Shown: positions 47,587 to 64,000 of the stretch, one piece after another
Numbering within the stretch: position 1 is the first letter of the stretch
How the letters are laid out: each line of letters opens with the position of its first letter
IMG/VR virus record: IMGVR_UViG_3300027777_000023
Span: 64,001-128,000 of that record
Strand: one strand, 5' to 3'
Length of the DNA stretch: 64,000 bases
From: a virus
Made by a program: the position numbers and the translations under genes
The notes under the pieces: generated by a model
The model's input: only the letters and a program-made list of their open reading frames with translations
What the model was told of the DNA's origin: nothing
The model's database searches: none

Positions 47587-48951
47587 ATGAGCGACTGCGG
47601 CAATCATTCTAATTCCTTTCACACGCGTCGAGAATTTCTTACAGACTTTGGAGCAGGACTTGGTGGGTTATCTCTCGCTGCATTATTTAACATAGATTCA
47701 GCTACAGCAGAAGCTGCATCACCGTTAATAGCAAAACCGTCTCATTTCCCAGTAAAAGCAAAAGCTATTATTCAGTTGTTTGCGAGTGGGGCCCCGTCCA
47801 GTGTTGATACATTTGACTATAAACCCGAACTTCAAAAGAATGATGGAGTAGAGATTGGCAATGGAAGGTTATTGGGTTCTCCTTTTAATTTTCCAAAATT
47901 TGGAAAATCGGGCTTAGAAATTTCTGAAGTGTGGTCTAAACTAGGGCAGCATGCAGATGATATGGCAATCATCAATTCTATGTTTGCAGAGATACCTGAT
48001 CATGGTATTGCAGCAAAGATGTTTAATACAGGTTCTGCTCAACTACCTAAACCAAGTCTTGGTAGTTGGATGGTATACGGTCTTGGTTCTTTAAATCAGA
48101 ATATGCCTGGATTTATTTCATTAAACGGAAACGCTGATTGGAGACAATGTGCGTTTCTTCCAGGGATGTATCAAGGATGCAACGTGCAGTATCGATCTAC
48201 AATCAAAGCTGAAGAAATTTTAGCAAATATTCGCAGTGAGTTTTCTACTCAAGAGCGTCAACGCCGTCAGATTGATTTTGCAAAAGTATTAAATGCCAAT
48301 CATATGGCTCAATTGCAGAGAGATGTTCAACTTGAATCTCGTATTGAAGCGTTTGAAACAGCGTTTAAGATGCAGACAGAAGCTACTGATGCGTTTGACA
48401 TTAAGAAAGAACCTCAAGCTATACATGAGCTGTATGGTGCAGGTGAGGAGGCAGCAAAGATGATTGTTGCACGCAGACTAGTTGAAAGAGGGGTTCGTTT
48501 TGTTCAAGTGCAGGTTGGTGGGTATGATCATCATACAGACATTAAGGGCAGCATGACAAGAACAGCTGAAAGATACGACAAACCATTCTCTGCTCTATTA
48601 ACTGATCTTAAACAAAAGGGGTTGCTTGAATCCACTCTTGTTATTTGGGGTGGTGAGTTTGGTAGAACCGTGACAGCAGGAGGAGGTGCAGGTTTACCAG
48701 GCAGAGACCACAACGGTAAAGCATTCTCTGTCTGGATGGCTGGGGGCGGTGTCAAGGGTGGTCAGCGTTACGGTGAAACAGATGAAACAGGCGGTAAAGT
48801 GGTTAAAGACGCGGTACACATGCACGACTTCCATGCTACTATATTAGCTTTAATGGGATTTGATCACACCAAACTGACTTATAACTACAATGGTAGAGAT
48901 TTTCGTCTAACAGATAACTTTGGTAATGTAATTAAAGATATTATTGCGTAA
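47587..48951 (+). CDS. DUF1501 domain protein with twin-arginine-type signal
   Basis: TRREFL..GLGGLSLAALF, SGAPSSVDTFDYKP, PKPSLGSWMVYGLGS, RRLVERGVRFVQV, WGGEFGRT, GRDH, HMHDFHATIL. Confidence 0.92.
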   Translation: MSDCGNHSNSFHTRREFLTDFGAGLGGLSLAALFNIDSATAEAASPLIAKPSHFPVKAKAIIQLFASGAPSSVDTFDYKPELQKNDGVEIGNGRLLGSPFNFPKFGKSGLEISEVWSKLGQHADDMAIINSMFAEIPDHGIAAKMFNTGSAQLPKPSLGSWMVYGLGSLNQNMPGFISLNGNADWRQCAFLPGMYQGCNVQYRSTIKAEEILANIRSEFSTQERQRRQIDFAKVLNANHMAQLQRDVQLESRIEAFETAFKMQTEATDAFDIKKEPQAIHELYGAGEEAAKMIVARRLVERGVRFVQVQVGGYDHHTDIKGSMTRTAERYDKPFSALLTDLKQKGLLESTLVIWGGEFGRTVTAGGGAGLPGRDHNGKAFSVWMAGGGVKGGQRYGETDETGGKVVKDAVHMHDFHATILALMGFDHTKLTYNYNGRDFRLTDNFGNVIKDIIA

Positions 48952-48955
48952 TCAT

Positions 48956-51928
48956 ATGAAAAAAAGTTTGGTTTTTCTTGCGTTGTTTACCGCATCCTGC
49001 AGTAATATCTTTGCAAAACAAGACTTTACATCTGAACAGTTAGATTTTTTTGAAGCAAAAGTACGACCGCTTTTAAACGAGAAGTGTTTAGAATGTCATT
49101 CTAATGAAAAAGGAAAAGTTAAAGGTGGGCTTTCTTTAGACTCGAGACAAGAGATTCTCAAGGGAGGTGAAAATGGAGATGTCTTTAATAAAGACAGTGT
49201 ATCAAAGAGCTCTTTGCTAAAAGCCATTAACTGGAACGGTGACCTTCAAATGCCGGAAAAAAAGAAACTCTCTGACGAACAGATATCTATTTTTACACAA
49301 TGGTTTGAGATGGGTATTCCCGACACAAGACAGGTGGGAGATAAAGCTTTTAAAAACACTAAGAAAAAAAATTATTGGTCTTTTCAGCCTGTTGTTAAGC
49401 CTAAGATACCTTTAGTAAAAAATGAGAGTTGGTGCTACAACACTGTTGATAGATTTGTATTAGCTAAACTTGAAGACAAAAAAATTATACCAGCTGTAAC
49501 GGCACGTAAAGAAACTTTAATCCGTAGAGCTTATTTTGATCTCATAGGTATACCTCCAACACCCAGACAAACAGCAGAGTTTGTTGTAGATGAATCAAGC
49601 AATGCATTTGAAAAGGTTGTTGATAAACTATTGGCTGACCCTGGATATGGAGAGCGTTGGGGTAGACATTGGCTTGATACTGCCAGATATTCAGATACAA
49701 CAGGCGAGCCTAATAATAATGTTAAAGATTATAGATATTCTTATGCTTGGTCTTATAGGGATTGGGTTATTAATTCATTTAATAATGACATGCCCTATGA
49801 TCAATTCTTAAAGAATCAATTGGCGGCCGATAAAATACCAAATAATAATGTTGCCAATCTAGCGGCATTAGGTTTTCTGACTATAGGTCAGAGATTCAAT
49901 AATATGGATGATGTTATCAATGACCGTATCGATGTTGTTGGTAGAGGTATGCTGGGGCTAACACTAGCGTGCGCCCGTTGTCACGACCATAAATTTGACC
50001 CAATTACTTCAGAAGATTACTATGCGTTACGAGGTATATTTTTAAGCTGTAATGAGCCAAGTGAAGGACCTATTATTGCGGGCGATTCAAATTCTCCTAA
50101 GTATATCGAATTCACTAATAAGATGAAAGAATATGAACAAAAGTCTTATCAAGCTTATTATACTATAGTGAGAGAACATGGAAATAAAATCAGAAAGAAC
50201 GCCCAAGCTATGGCTGAGTTTATAATGGTTCTTGGGAAAAACCCTACCGTTGAACAAAGAGAAAAAGCATCTGAAATTGCTAAGAAAAATAAGTTGGATG
50301 AACGAGAAATTGCAGACAATTTTGGCAGAAAATTTAAACCAAATGATCCGTTGCTTGGGCCGTTTGCAAAAATGCATAACGATAAACTTACTATTGAAGA
50401 AGTGATAAACGACAAAAAACAAAAACTCTCTCCTGTAGTTTTTGAATTTTTAAAGAAGCAACAAACATCCCCAACAACTGATATAGAAATTGCAAGATTA
50501 GTTGGCAGTTTTTTTGAAGAAATTGAAACAAAGGCAGCTTCGGTTTTTGCTCAAATAATGAACCCTGAAACAAAATTAGAAGACGCTAATTTCAATAAAG
50601 ATCTAGCAGATGTAATTGTTTTCCCGTTTGAGTTAAATTTAATGTCAGATCTTTCAATAGAGAAGCTTAAACAAATTGCTGAGAAATTTCCCATGCAACA
50701 ACAAGGTGAATTAAGAAACAAAGCTTTTTTAAATCAAATTAATGAATTAAAGTTAACTTTTAAAGGCGGTCCAGTAAGAGCAATGATTATTGAAGATAAG
50801 CCTAAACCTGTAGACTCACCACTGTTTGTTAGAGGTAATGCACCAAAGGCTGGAGAAAAAATAAAAATAGTGCCAAGAAAGTTTATTGAAGTTTTAAACA
50901 CTAACAACCTATCTGAATTTAGTAAGAGTGAAAGTGGCCGCTTAGAACTAGCAGAAGCTGTTGCAAGTAAAAATAACCCTCTTACGGCTCGAGTGATAGT
51001 AAATAGAGTGTGGATGTATCATTTTGGAGAAGGATTAGTGAGAACACCGGATGACTTAGGCAATCAATCAGGTATACCAACCCACCCTGAACTGTTAGAC
51101 TTTCTTGCTAATTGGTTTATGGAAGATTATGGGGCAAAGAAACCAGCCTGGTCGTTGAAAGCTTTACATAAAGCGATAATGCTCTCAAAGACATATCAGC
51201 AAAGTAGCAACACCATTTCTAAAATTCAATTAGATGAATATAGCAAGTTAGACCCGGGTAATAGCCTACTCTGGCATGCTAATGTACGTAGATTGGATTT
51301 TGAATCTTACAGAGATTCGTTGTTGAGTATGGGTAAAGTACTACAGAGAGATGTTGTAGGTGGGCCTTCTTTTAATGTACTTGAAGAGCCTTTTATATTT
51401 AGACGAACAGCATATGCGTATATAGACAGAGCAAATATGCCTGATGTAATGATGCAGTTTGATATGTCAAACCCAACTGAGCCAAACACGAAGAGAACCA
51501 GCACCATTGTACCGCAGCAAGCATTGTTTTTAATGAATAGCCCGCTTGTCGCAAACATCGTACAAAACATCTCACACAGACAGGAAATGGTGGATGCTAT
51601 TAAACTTGAAAAAAATACTGATAAAGGTATTATAACCGCATTTAGAATTGTATTACAACGAACACCAACGCTTTCTGAACGAACGTTTGCGTTAAACTTC
51701 TTATTAAAAGAAAGTAAAGAGCAAGAAAATGTAAAAACTGCTATGAATCCTCTAGCTAAAGAAGCTCAGAAAAAGGCTGAAGATAAATACAAACAAGCTC
51801 TAAACAATAATAATTCTCGTAAAGCCATTGTAAACGAAGGCCAGGTAACAGAGCGTGCCGCTTTTTCACCATGGGAAGTTTTAATACAATCTTTAATATT
51901 TACAAATGAAGCAGCGTATGTAAATTAA
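48956..51928 (+). CDS. Planctomycete cytochrome c (PSCyt1) + DUF1549 + DUF1553/PSD1 protein
   Basis: Signal peptide; FFEAKVRPLL..KCLECH (CxxCH); LIRRAYFDLIGIPPT, GYGERWGRHWLDTARY; CARCHDHKFDPI (second CxxCH); GRLELA..NPLTARVIVNRVWMYHFGEGLV..PTHPELLDFLA; PQQALFLMNS. Confidence 0.93.
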   Translation: MKKSLVFLALFTASCSNIFAKQDFTSEQLDFFEAKVRPLLNEKCLECHSNEKGKVKGGLSLDSRQEILKGGENGDVFNKDSVSKSSLLKAINWNGDLQMPEKKKLSDEQISIFTQWFEMGIPDTRQVGDKAFKNTKKKNYWSFQPVVKPKIPLVKNESWCYNTVDRFVLAKLEDKKIIPAVTARKETLIRRAYFDLIGIPPTPRQTAEFVVDESSNAFEKVVDKLLADPGYGERWGRHWLDTARYSDTTGEPNNNVKDYRYSYAWSYRDWVINSFNNDMPYDQFLKNQLAADKIPNNNVANLAALGFLTIGQRFNNMDDVINDRIDVVGRGMLGLTLACARCHDHKFDPITSEDYYALRGIFLSCNEPSEGPIIAGDSNSPKYIEFTNKMKEYEQKSYQAYYTIVREHGNKIRKNAQAMAEFIMVLGKNPTVEQREKASEIAKKNKLDEREIADNFGRKFKPNDPLLGPFAKMHNDKLTIEEVINDKKQKLSPVVFEFLKKQQTSPTTDIEIARLVGSFFEEIETKAASVFAQIMNPETKLEDANFNKDLADVIVFPFELNLMSDLSIEKLKQIAEKFPMQQQGELRNKAFLNQINELKLTFKGGPVRAMIIEDKPKPVDSPLFVRGNAPKAGEKIKIVPRKFIEVLNTNNLSEFSKSESGRLELAEAVASKNNPLTARVIVNRVWMYHFGEGLVRTPDDLGNQSGIPTHPELLDFLANWFMEDYGAKKPAWSLKALHKAIMLSKTYQQSSNTISKIQLDEYSKLDPGNSLLWHANVRRLDFESYRDSLLSMGKVLQRDVVGGPSFNVLEEPFIFRRTAYAYIDRANMPDVMMQFDMSNPTEPNTKRTSTIVPQQALFLMNSPLVANIVQNISHRQEMVDAIKLEKNTDKGIITAFRIVLQRTPTLSERTFALNFLLKESKEQENVKTAMNPLAKEAQKKAEDKYKQALNNNNSRKAIVNEGQVTERAAFSPWEVLIQSLIFTNEAAYVN

Positions 51929-51929
51929 G

Positions 51930-52376
51930 ATGAAGCGACAGATTTACGAATGCTCTCTTTGTGGCAGAATATGGACTAGGCTCACTTTGAGGATGGAGCA
52001 GGGTAAGACTTGCAATAAAAAGTGTGCGAGTATAAAGGGTTATCTCTGCGGCGATCGTAAAGAGACAGGCATCGAACTAAAGCTGCAGGAGATATTGAGT
52101 GAAATGGGTATAGAGTATACTACTCAAAAACCTTTGTTGGGGGTCACTGTAGCAGACATATTCATTGAACCTAACGTGGCCGTATTCGCTGACGGCACAT
52201 ACTGGCATAGCGGTGCAGCTAAAGAATACAAGGATGCGGAGAAAACAAAAACACTCAAACGCGGTGGGTACGTGGTACTGCGTTTAGAAGAAAAAGAGAT
52301 AAACAAAGATGTTGATAAGATTAAATTAAAATTGCTTGAGGCTTATGGAAAGCGTAGAATAAAGAAAGAATTATGA
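51930..52376 (+). CDS. Vsr/DUF559-like endonuclease with N-terminal Zn-finger
   Basis: CSLC..CNKKC; ETGIELKL..QKPL..VADIFI..AVFADGTYWH..GGYVVLRL. Confidence 0.8.
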   Translation: MKRQIYECSLCGRIWTRLTLRMEQGKTCNKKCASIKGYLCGDRKETGIELKLQEILSEMGIEYTTQKPLLGVTVADIFIEPNVAVFADGTYWHSGAAKEYKDAEKTKTLKRGGYVVLRLEEKEINKDVDKIKLKLLEAYGKRRIKKEL

Positions 52377-53263
52377 ATACAGAGCAGGCATACATCAACG
52401 GGTTTGTTAAGAGAGCATCGCAATACGGCTTCAACCAGGATGAGGCTCTTTATATACTAAAGAGGGCAAACACTCAGGGGATAAAAAATCCCATTAAACC
52501 TGACCCTATGTGGGAATCTGGTAAAGCTCCCACCACAACCCAAACCGCCGCAGCTCCCAAGATTACTGCAGCTAAGCAGAATAATGCCGTGCAGCCCTCT
52601 GCAGATCCAGCGCCAACATCAATGCCTTCCAGAGCATCCATGATGACACAAACACCTGAAACCGTTGCTCAAAATCGAGAAATAGCTAATATTCCGTTGA
52701 GTGGTATGACACCAAAAAATCAATGGGAATCGCAGTTGCATAAGATCATGGCACAAAAACCTGTATTTAATGTTGGGGATAATGAAAACAACTTTCGTGG
52801 CGGTATCCGACCTGATAGCACTATCGATGATTTAGCAGCAAAAAACGCACCTTACCCTATAGAAATGGCTGGAGATCACATGAACAATTTAGTGAGGGCT
52901 TTAATGAGCGACGGCACGCCAGCGAAATATATGCACCATTTCCCTGATAGTCCACAAAATGGTGAAACACCACGTAGTGCTTTTCTTCCTTATACTATTC
53001 AGGGTATAAAGGCTAATGATCCTCGAGGAATAAAAATTGATCACGTTAATGAAATTCATAATCACCTAAAAAAATATGATCCAACTTGGGGACCTGATTT
53101 TAGGATACCTGTCGAAAAGCATGATATGCCTGAAGAAGAATCTGATTTACACACGCCTTGGTTAAATTATGCCGGTAGAAAAGCCCAGTTTGAAAAGCTA
53201 TTTGCTGATCGTATAAATAACATGAACGATCCCACAGCAAATCTAACAACAAATTTACAATAA
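52373..53263 (+). CDS. Putative internal head protein with N-terminal EQAYINGFVKRA tag
   Basis: MNTEQAYINGFVKRASQYGFNQDEALYILKRA followed by a unique cargo region. Confidence 0.65.
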   Translation: MNTEQAYINGFVKRASQYGFNQDEALYILKRANTQGIKNPIKPDPMWESGKAPTTTQTAAAPKITAAKQNNAVQPSADPAPTSMPSRASMMTQTPETVAQNREIANIPLSGMTPKNQWESQLHKIMAQKPVFNVGDNENNFRGGIRPDSTIDDLAAKNAPYPIEMAGDHMNNLVRALMSDGTPAKYMHHFPDSPQNGETPRSAFLPYTIQGIKANDPRGIKIDHVNEIHNHLKKYDPTWGPDFRIPVEKHDMPEEESDLHTPWLNYAGRKAQFEKLFADRINNMNDPTANLTTNLQ

Positions 53264-53264
53264 T

Positions 53265-53558
53265 ATGAATACAGAGCAGGCATACATCAACGGGTTTGTT
53301 AAGAGAGCATCGCAGTACGGTTATACAAGAGAAGCAGCATTCAAGTTGGCTGGTATAGCTGAAGACACTGGACTAGACATGAAAGATCTGGGTCTTGGTG
53401 GTAATGAGTTTAGTGCCAAACCTTCACCAGCAGGAATCAAGATCAATGAGCAGAATCCACCACCAGTACCTGCCCCAACTGCACAACCAAACAAAGGGTT
53501 TTTGAGTCAATTGTTCAGTCGTCCAGCACCAATACCTATCGCACATACAGCTAAATAA
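53265..53558 (+). CDS. Putative internal head protein with N-terminal EQAYINGFVKRA tag
   Basis: The first ~50 nt are identical to the 52373 gene; then YTREAAFKLA. Confidence 0.65.
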   Translation: MNTEQAYINGFVKRASQYGYTREAAFKLAGIAEDTGLDMKDLGLGGNEFSAKPSPAGIKINEQNPPPVPAPTAQPNKGFLSQLFSRPAPIPIAHTAK

Positions 53559-53560
53559 TT

Positions 53561-53929
53561 ATGGCTACCGCAACAACAGTAACAGAAATGAACTCTGGGA
53601 AACACCCAGAAGGAAGTAAGAGATCTTCTCATTGGTCTACCACACGTAAACATCATCTAGAGAAGCACGCTGAGTGTGCTCTTTGTGGTGGTACGAAGAA
53701 ACTAAACGTACATCACATCAAGCCTTTTCATGTACATCCTGAGCTAGAGTTAGAGCCATCTAATCTAATTACTCTTTGCGAAGACAAAGGAAATGGGGTA
53801 TACTGTCATTTATTCTTTGGTCACCTAGGCAACTACAAAAGCATCAATCCGAACGTTGTTGAGGATGTGCTGTTGTGGAAAGAAAAGCTAAGCAATAAAC
53901 CAAAAGACGCAAAAGATTTAGAACAATAA
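53561..53929 (+). CDS. HNH endonuclease
   Basis: CALCGG..LNVHHIKPFH..ELEPSNLITLCE..CHLFFGH. Confidence 0.85.
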   Translation: MATATTVTEMNSGKHPEGSKRSSHWSTTRKHHLEKHAECALCGGTKKLNVHHIKPFHVHPELELEPSNLITLCEDKGNGVYCHLFFGHLGNYKSINPNVVEDVLLWKEKLSNKPKDAKDLEQ

Positions 53930-53930
53930 T

Positions 53931-54170
53931 ATGAACGTAGAACAACAAGCATACATCGAAGGATTCGTAAAGAGAGCAAGTGAATATAGATTTAGCCGTA
54001 ATGAGGCTATTGAACTATTAAAAACATCTGCCGAGAAAGCTCCATACAACGGAGTTAAGACTTTGGGTGAGCTGTGGAATGAGTTTAGATCTGGTAAACC
54101 CACTATGGCTACTAAGCTTCCTGTATCCGTAGGCACTCCTTCAATCAATCCTAACCTAGTCGTTAAATAA
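53931..54170 (+). CDS. Putative internal head protein with QQAYIEGFVKRA tag
   Basis: MNVEQQAYIEGFVKRASEYRFSRNEAIELLKTSA. Confidence 0.65.
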   Translation: MNVEQQAYIEGFVKRASEYRFSRNEAIELLKTSAEKAPYNGVKTLGELWNEFRSGKPTMATKLPVSVGTPSINPNLVVK

Positions 54171-54171
54171 T

Positions 54172-54555
54172 ATGAACACACAACAACAAGCATACATCGA
54201 AGGATTCGTTAAAAGAGCATCACAATACGGCTTCAACTATAATGAAGCTATTGAACTATTGAAGCAGGCAGCATTAACTGCAGATCAGCACAAATTAGAT
54301 GTGAACCATAATGGGAAGATTGAGGCGAGCGATCTTAAGGCTTTGCGCAATCGTAAAAAGACTGTAAAGACTGCTGGACCTGTACCTGAAATGGATACTC
54401 AGCCTGGCGGTATGACTGCCTCTCGAGCAGCAAATAACCCGGTACGCAATACAGCTCAGGCTCCTGCTCCTGGAGTATCTGCCGCCAGCAAAGCTGATTC
54501 ATTAAAATATAGACTTCCAATTCCCACGGGCGGAACAACAGAACCAAGGAAGTAA
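54172..54555 (+). CDS. Putative internal head protein with tag and EF-hand-like motif
   Basis: QQAYIEGFVKRASQYGFNYNEAIELLKQA; KLDVNHNGKIEASDL. Confidence 0.65.
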   Translation: MNTQQQAYIEGFVKRASQYGFNYNEAIELLKQAALTADQHKLDVNHNGKIEASDLKALRNRKKTVKTAGPVPEMDTQPGGMTASRAANNPVRNTAQAPAPGVSAASKADSLKYRLPIPTGGTTEPRK

Positions 54556-54559
54556 TCTT

Positions 54560-55327
54560 ATGCCTGCCCGTTCAGAAGCTCAACAAAGATTGATGGGGAT
54601 GGCTCTTTCTGCAAAACGCGGCAAGGGTCATTACGGTGGTAAAGTTAAAGAAATTGCAAATAGTATGACTCTAAAACAACTACATGATTTTGCTGCTACA
54701 AAGCATGAAGGACTGCCTGAAAAGAAAGCTTTTGTAGAAGGCTTTGTTAAAAGAGCAAATGAATACGGCTTCAATCAGAATGAGGCTATTGAACTATTAA
54801 AAGAGGCTGAGTCTAGCTGGCTGGGCAGATATATGGCAGCTAAAACAGTTCCTCAGAGCATTGCAATGAATAAAGCTGTGATTATGAATGAAATTGACCC
54901 TACCGGAGAATTTCAAGAAAAAAACCTATTCATGACGCCTGAAACATTTAAAAAGCAGAGAGAGCTTGCATACGGACATTTGAGAAATACTTTAAAAAGA
55001 TCAACTGCAGCTGGTACAGGTAAAAACTTTCTTTTGGGTGCCGGGCTCGGCGGATTAGTGGGAGCGGTACAGGGCGGGGTGTTAGGAGAAGAACTTCACC
55101 ACGATCCACTCACAGGTGCAGGTATAGGAGGATTAGCCGGAGGTCTAACCTTGGGCGGTATAATGGCACTAGAAAACCTTGCAGGAAGATTGAAAAATAA
55201 AGTAATTACTGACGAAGATATTGCAAAAATGCGTGAGCAGCAAAAGCACAATTCGATAACATCTGAATTTATGCCATTTAGAGAGATGATTGACGCGCAT
55301 AGGGCAGGAAAGCCTCGAGAACAGTAA
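54560..55327 (+). CDS. DUF3008-like N-terminus + internal tag + Gly-zipper protein
   Basis: MPARSEAQQRLMGMALSAKRG..SMTLKQLHDFAATKHEGLPEKK; AFVEGFVKRANEYGFNQNEAIELLKEA; GAGLGGLVGAVQGG. Confidence 0.65.
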   Translation: MPARSEAQQRLMGMALSAKRGKGHYGGKVKEIANSMTLKQLHDFAATKHEGLPEKKAFVEGFVKRANEYGFNQNEAIELLKEAESSWLGRYMAAKTVPQSIAMNKAVIMNEIDPTGEFQEKNLFMTPETFKKQRELAYGHLRNTLKRSTAAGTGKNFLLGAGLGGLVGAVQGGVLGEELHHDPLTGAGIGGLAGGLTLGGIMALENLAGRLKNKVITDEDIAKMREQQKHNSITSEFMPFREMIDAHRAGKPREQ

Positions 55328-55333
55328 AACTAA

Positions 55334-56056
55334 ATGAACAAAGCTCAACAACAGCGGGCACTGCAGTATAAGATCTGCATATCAAAGCTAGCTGCTATTG
55401 ATGTGAAGAGCTTTGAGCATCCACCCATAGTTCAGAACACTCCGGTGGATAACATACTGTCTCTCGTACTAGGAAAGAATTATATTCCGCGTCCTCAGCA
55501 TGGTGAAGACGTCGTGGATGCAATGAATCGTGGTAGTAGAGAACTGGATTCTCATGATCTGCAGGCGGACGCTATACTAAATAATCCCGTAACAAAGCGC
55601 CTAGGTTTAGGTGGTACGACTGGTAAGCTAATGGCAGAGTCTCTAAGCTATAGTCCTGAATTAAGGAGCAAGCTATCTCCGTTGTTTGGTGGTGACCCAG
55701 CCCAAGCAGCTAAACATCTACATAGAGGTTTATATAACGCTGGTGCTTTTGGTCCATTATCGTCCGGTAACGCTAAAGACATTATGGGATCGATAAATGA
55801 TAATTTCTATAAGTCTGGAGAAATGGGTAGAGCAATAGCAGCTAAGATAGCTAGAGAAAGACTCATTGGTGGTATGGGAGACAACAAACCTGACAGTGCT
55901 TTTCCTAGAAAAGAACTAGCAAAAGGTAAAAAGCATGAGAGTGAGCACACAGACAACAAGTCTATTGCAAAAGAAATAGCAAAAGACCATCTCAGTGAAA
56001 GATCAGATTATTATACCGCACTAGACAAAAGCAAGCTAGGACATTTTAAGTATTAA
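55334..56056 (+). CDS. Protein with C-terminal DUF5661-like domain
   Basis: ELAKGKKHESEHTDNKSIAKEIAKDHLSERSDYYTAL; family name is from recall. Confidence 0.65.
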   Translation: MNKAQQQRALQYKICISKLAAIDVKSFEHPPIVQNTPVDNILSLVLGKNYIPRPQHGEDVVDAMNRGSRELDSHDLQADAILNNPVTKRLGLGGTTGKLMAESLSYSPELRSKLSPLFGGDPAQAAKHLHRGLYNAGAFGPLSSGNAKDIMGSINDNFYKSGEMGRAIAAKIARERLIGGMGDNKPDSAFPRKELAKGKKHESEHTDNKSIAKEIAKDHLSERSDYYTALDKSKLGHFKY

Positions 56057-56059
56057 AAG

Positions 56060-58233
<2,174 letters not shown>

Positions 58234-58259
58234 CCAAATCAAACACAAAATAAAATAAT

Positions 58260-63449
<5,190 letters not shown>

Positions 63450-63453
63450 TAGT

Positions 63454-63501
63454 TAAAAAAAAGAAACCTTGGGAGGGAGTATCGGTTTGGTACTCCCTCC
63501 C
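63454..63501. terminator. Strong hairpin with upstream A-tract (minus-strand or bidirectional terminator)
   Basis: GGGAGGGAGTA (63471-63481) / TACTCCCTCCC (63491-63501); A8 tract on the left. Confidence 0.7.
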
Positions 63502-63599
63502 TATTCAAATTAATGAGACCGAAAAATCTTTGTTCGATCGGTTCAATTATTTAAAATAATTGTTGATTAGGGTGAGTCTAGTATACATACTAATTGGAT

Positions 63600-64000
63600 A
63601 TGAAGAATATCCACTGTTTAGCAGTACCCCATACCATAACTAATTCAGATTACGTAGCTTGCGCTTTTACACAAAAGGTAAAAAAGTTTCTCACCATGTT
63701 CAAAGACAGTAGTGAGTACCGCACCATTCACTATGGTCACAAAGACTCTGATACTGATGCTCACGAGCAGGTAGACATCACCGACAATCAAACGCTCATT
63801 GACGCGTACGGCGACTATAACTGGCGCTCACAGCAATTCAAGCATTCAAGAGACGATGTAGCTCACAAGACTTTCAATGCAAAGGCACCTATTGAGATAG
63901 CTAAAAGAAAGAAGCGTGGGGATCTTGTACTAGCCTTTTGGGGCGGTACGCAAGAAGCATGTCACACAGCTAACGCAAATAACGATCTTATTGTTGTAGA
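63600..64000 (+). CDS. Probable GT-B glycosyltransferase, N-terminal part (runs off window; not in ORF track)
   Basis: Hand translation MKNIHCLAVPHTITNSDYVACAFTQKVKKFLTM..TIHYGHKDS..GDLVLAFWG matches a phage glycosyltransferase N-terminus as recalled. Putative promoter TTGATT-17-CATACT (63563-63591). Confidence 0.6.
   Translation, partial: MKNIHCLAVPHTITNSDYVACAFTQKVKKFLTMFKDSSEYRTIHYGHKDSDTDAHEQVDITDNQTLIDAYGDYNWRSQQFKHSRDDVAHKTFNAKAPIEIAKRKKRGDLVLAFWGGTQEACHTANANNDLIVV

Overview
This window is a 64-kb segment of a large (jumbo-type) dsDNA bacteriophage genome in the standard genetic code. The host is probably a Planctomycetota/Verrucomicrobiota (PVC) bacterium, inferred from a host-type DUF1501 plus planctomycete cytochrome c/PSD1 gene pair and the general lack of Shine-Dalgarno motifs. 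1-11.6 kb: family A DNA polymerase, HNH-AP2 endonuclease, Gp88-like Cys-rich protein, then an apparent ubiquitin-like operon (beta-grasp protein ending LRGG-AAQE, 726-aa protein, JAB/JAMM protease, ThiF/E1), SSB-like protein, RecA/UvsX, RuvC-like resolvase, HhH glycosylase and a basic repeat protein. 12-28 kb: tRNA-Thr and a dense array of small ORFs with nucleic-acid repair genes (DRB0094-type RNA ligase, ATP-dependent DNA ligase, a PNK/phosphatase broken by an in-frame TGA, Rnl1-type RNA ligase). 28-34 kb: minus-strand lysis-like cluster and probable portal. 34-46 kb: FN3 protein, metallophosphoesterase, tRNA-Arg and repeated terminator-promoter cassettes, one of which drives a ~475-nt highly structured RNA with no convincing ORF. 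46-56 kb: membrane proteins, papain-like protease, DUF1501 plus PSD1/cytochrome c, and putative internal head proteins sharing an N-terminal tag. 56-64 kb: two Thr-rich collagen-like fibre genes and the start of a probable glycosyltransferase. The top candidates for novelty are the ubiquitin-like operon, the large structured ncRNA, the PVC-type gene pair and the tagged cargo proteins. All family assignments come from motif recognition by eye; no database search was run.
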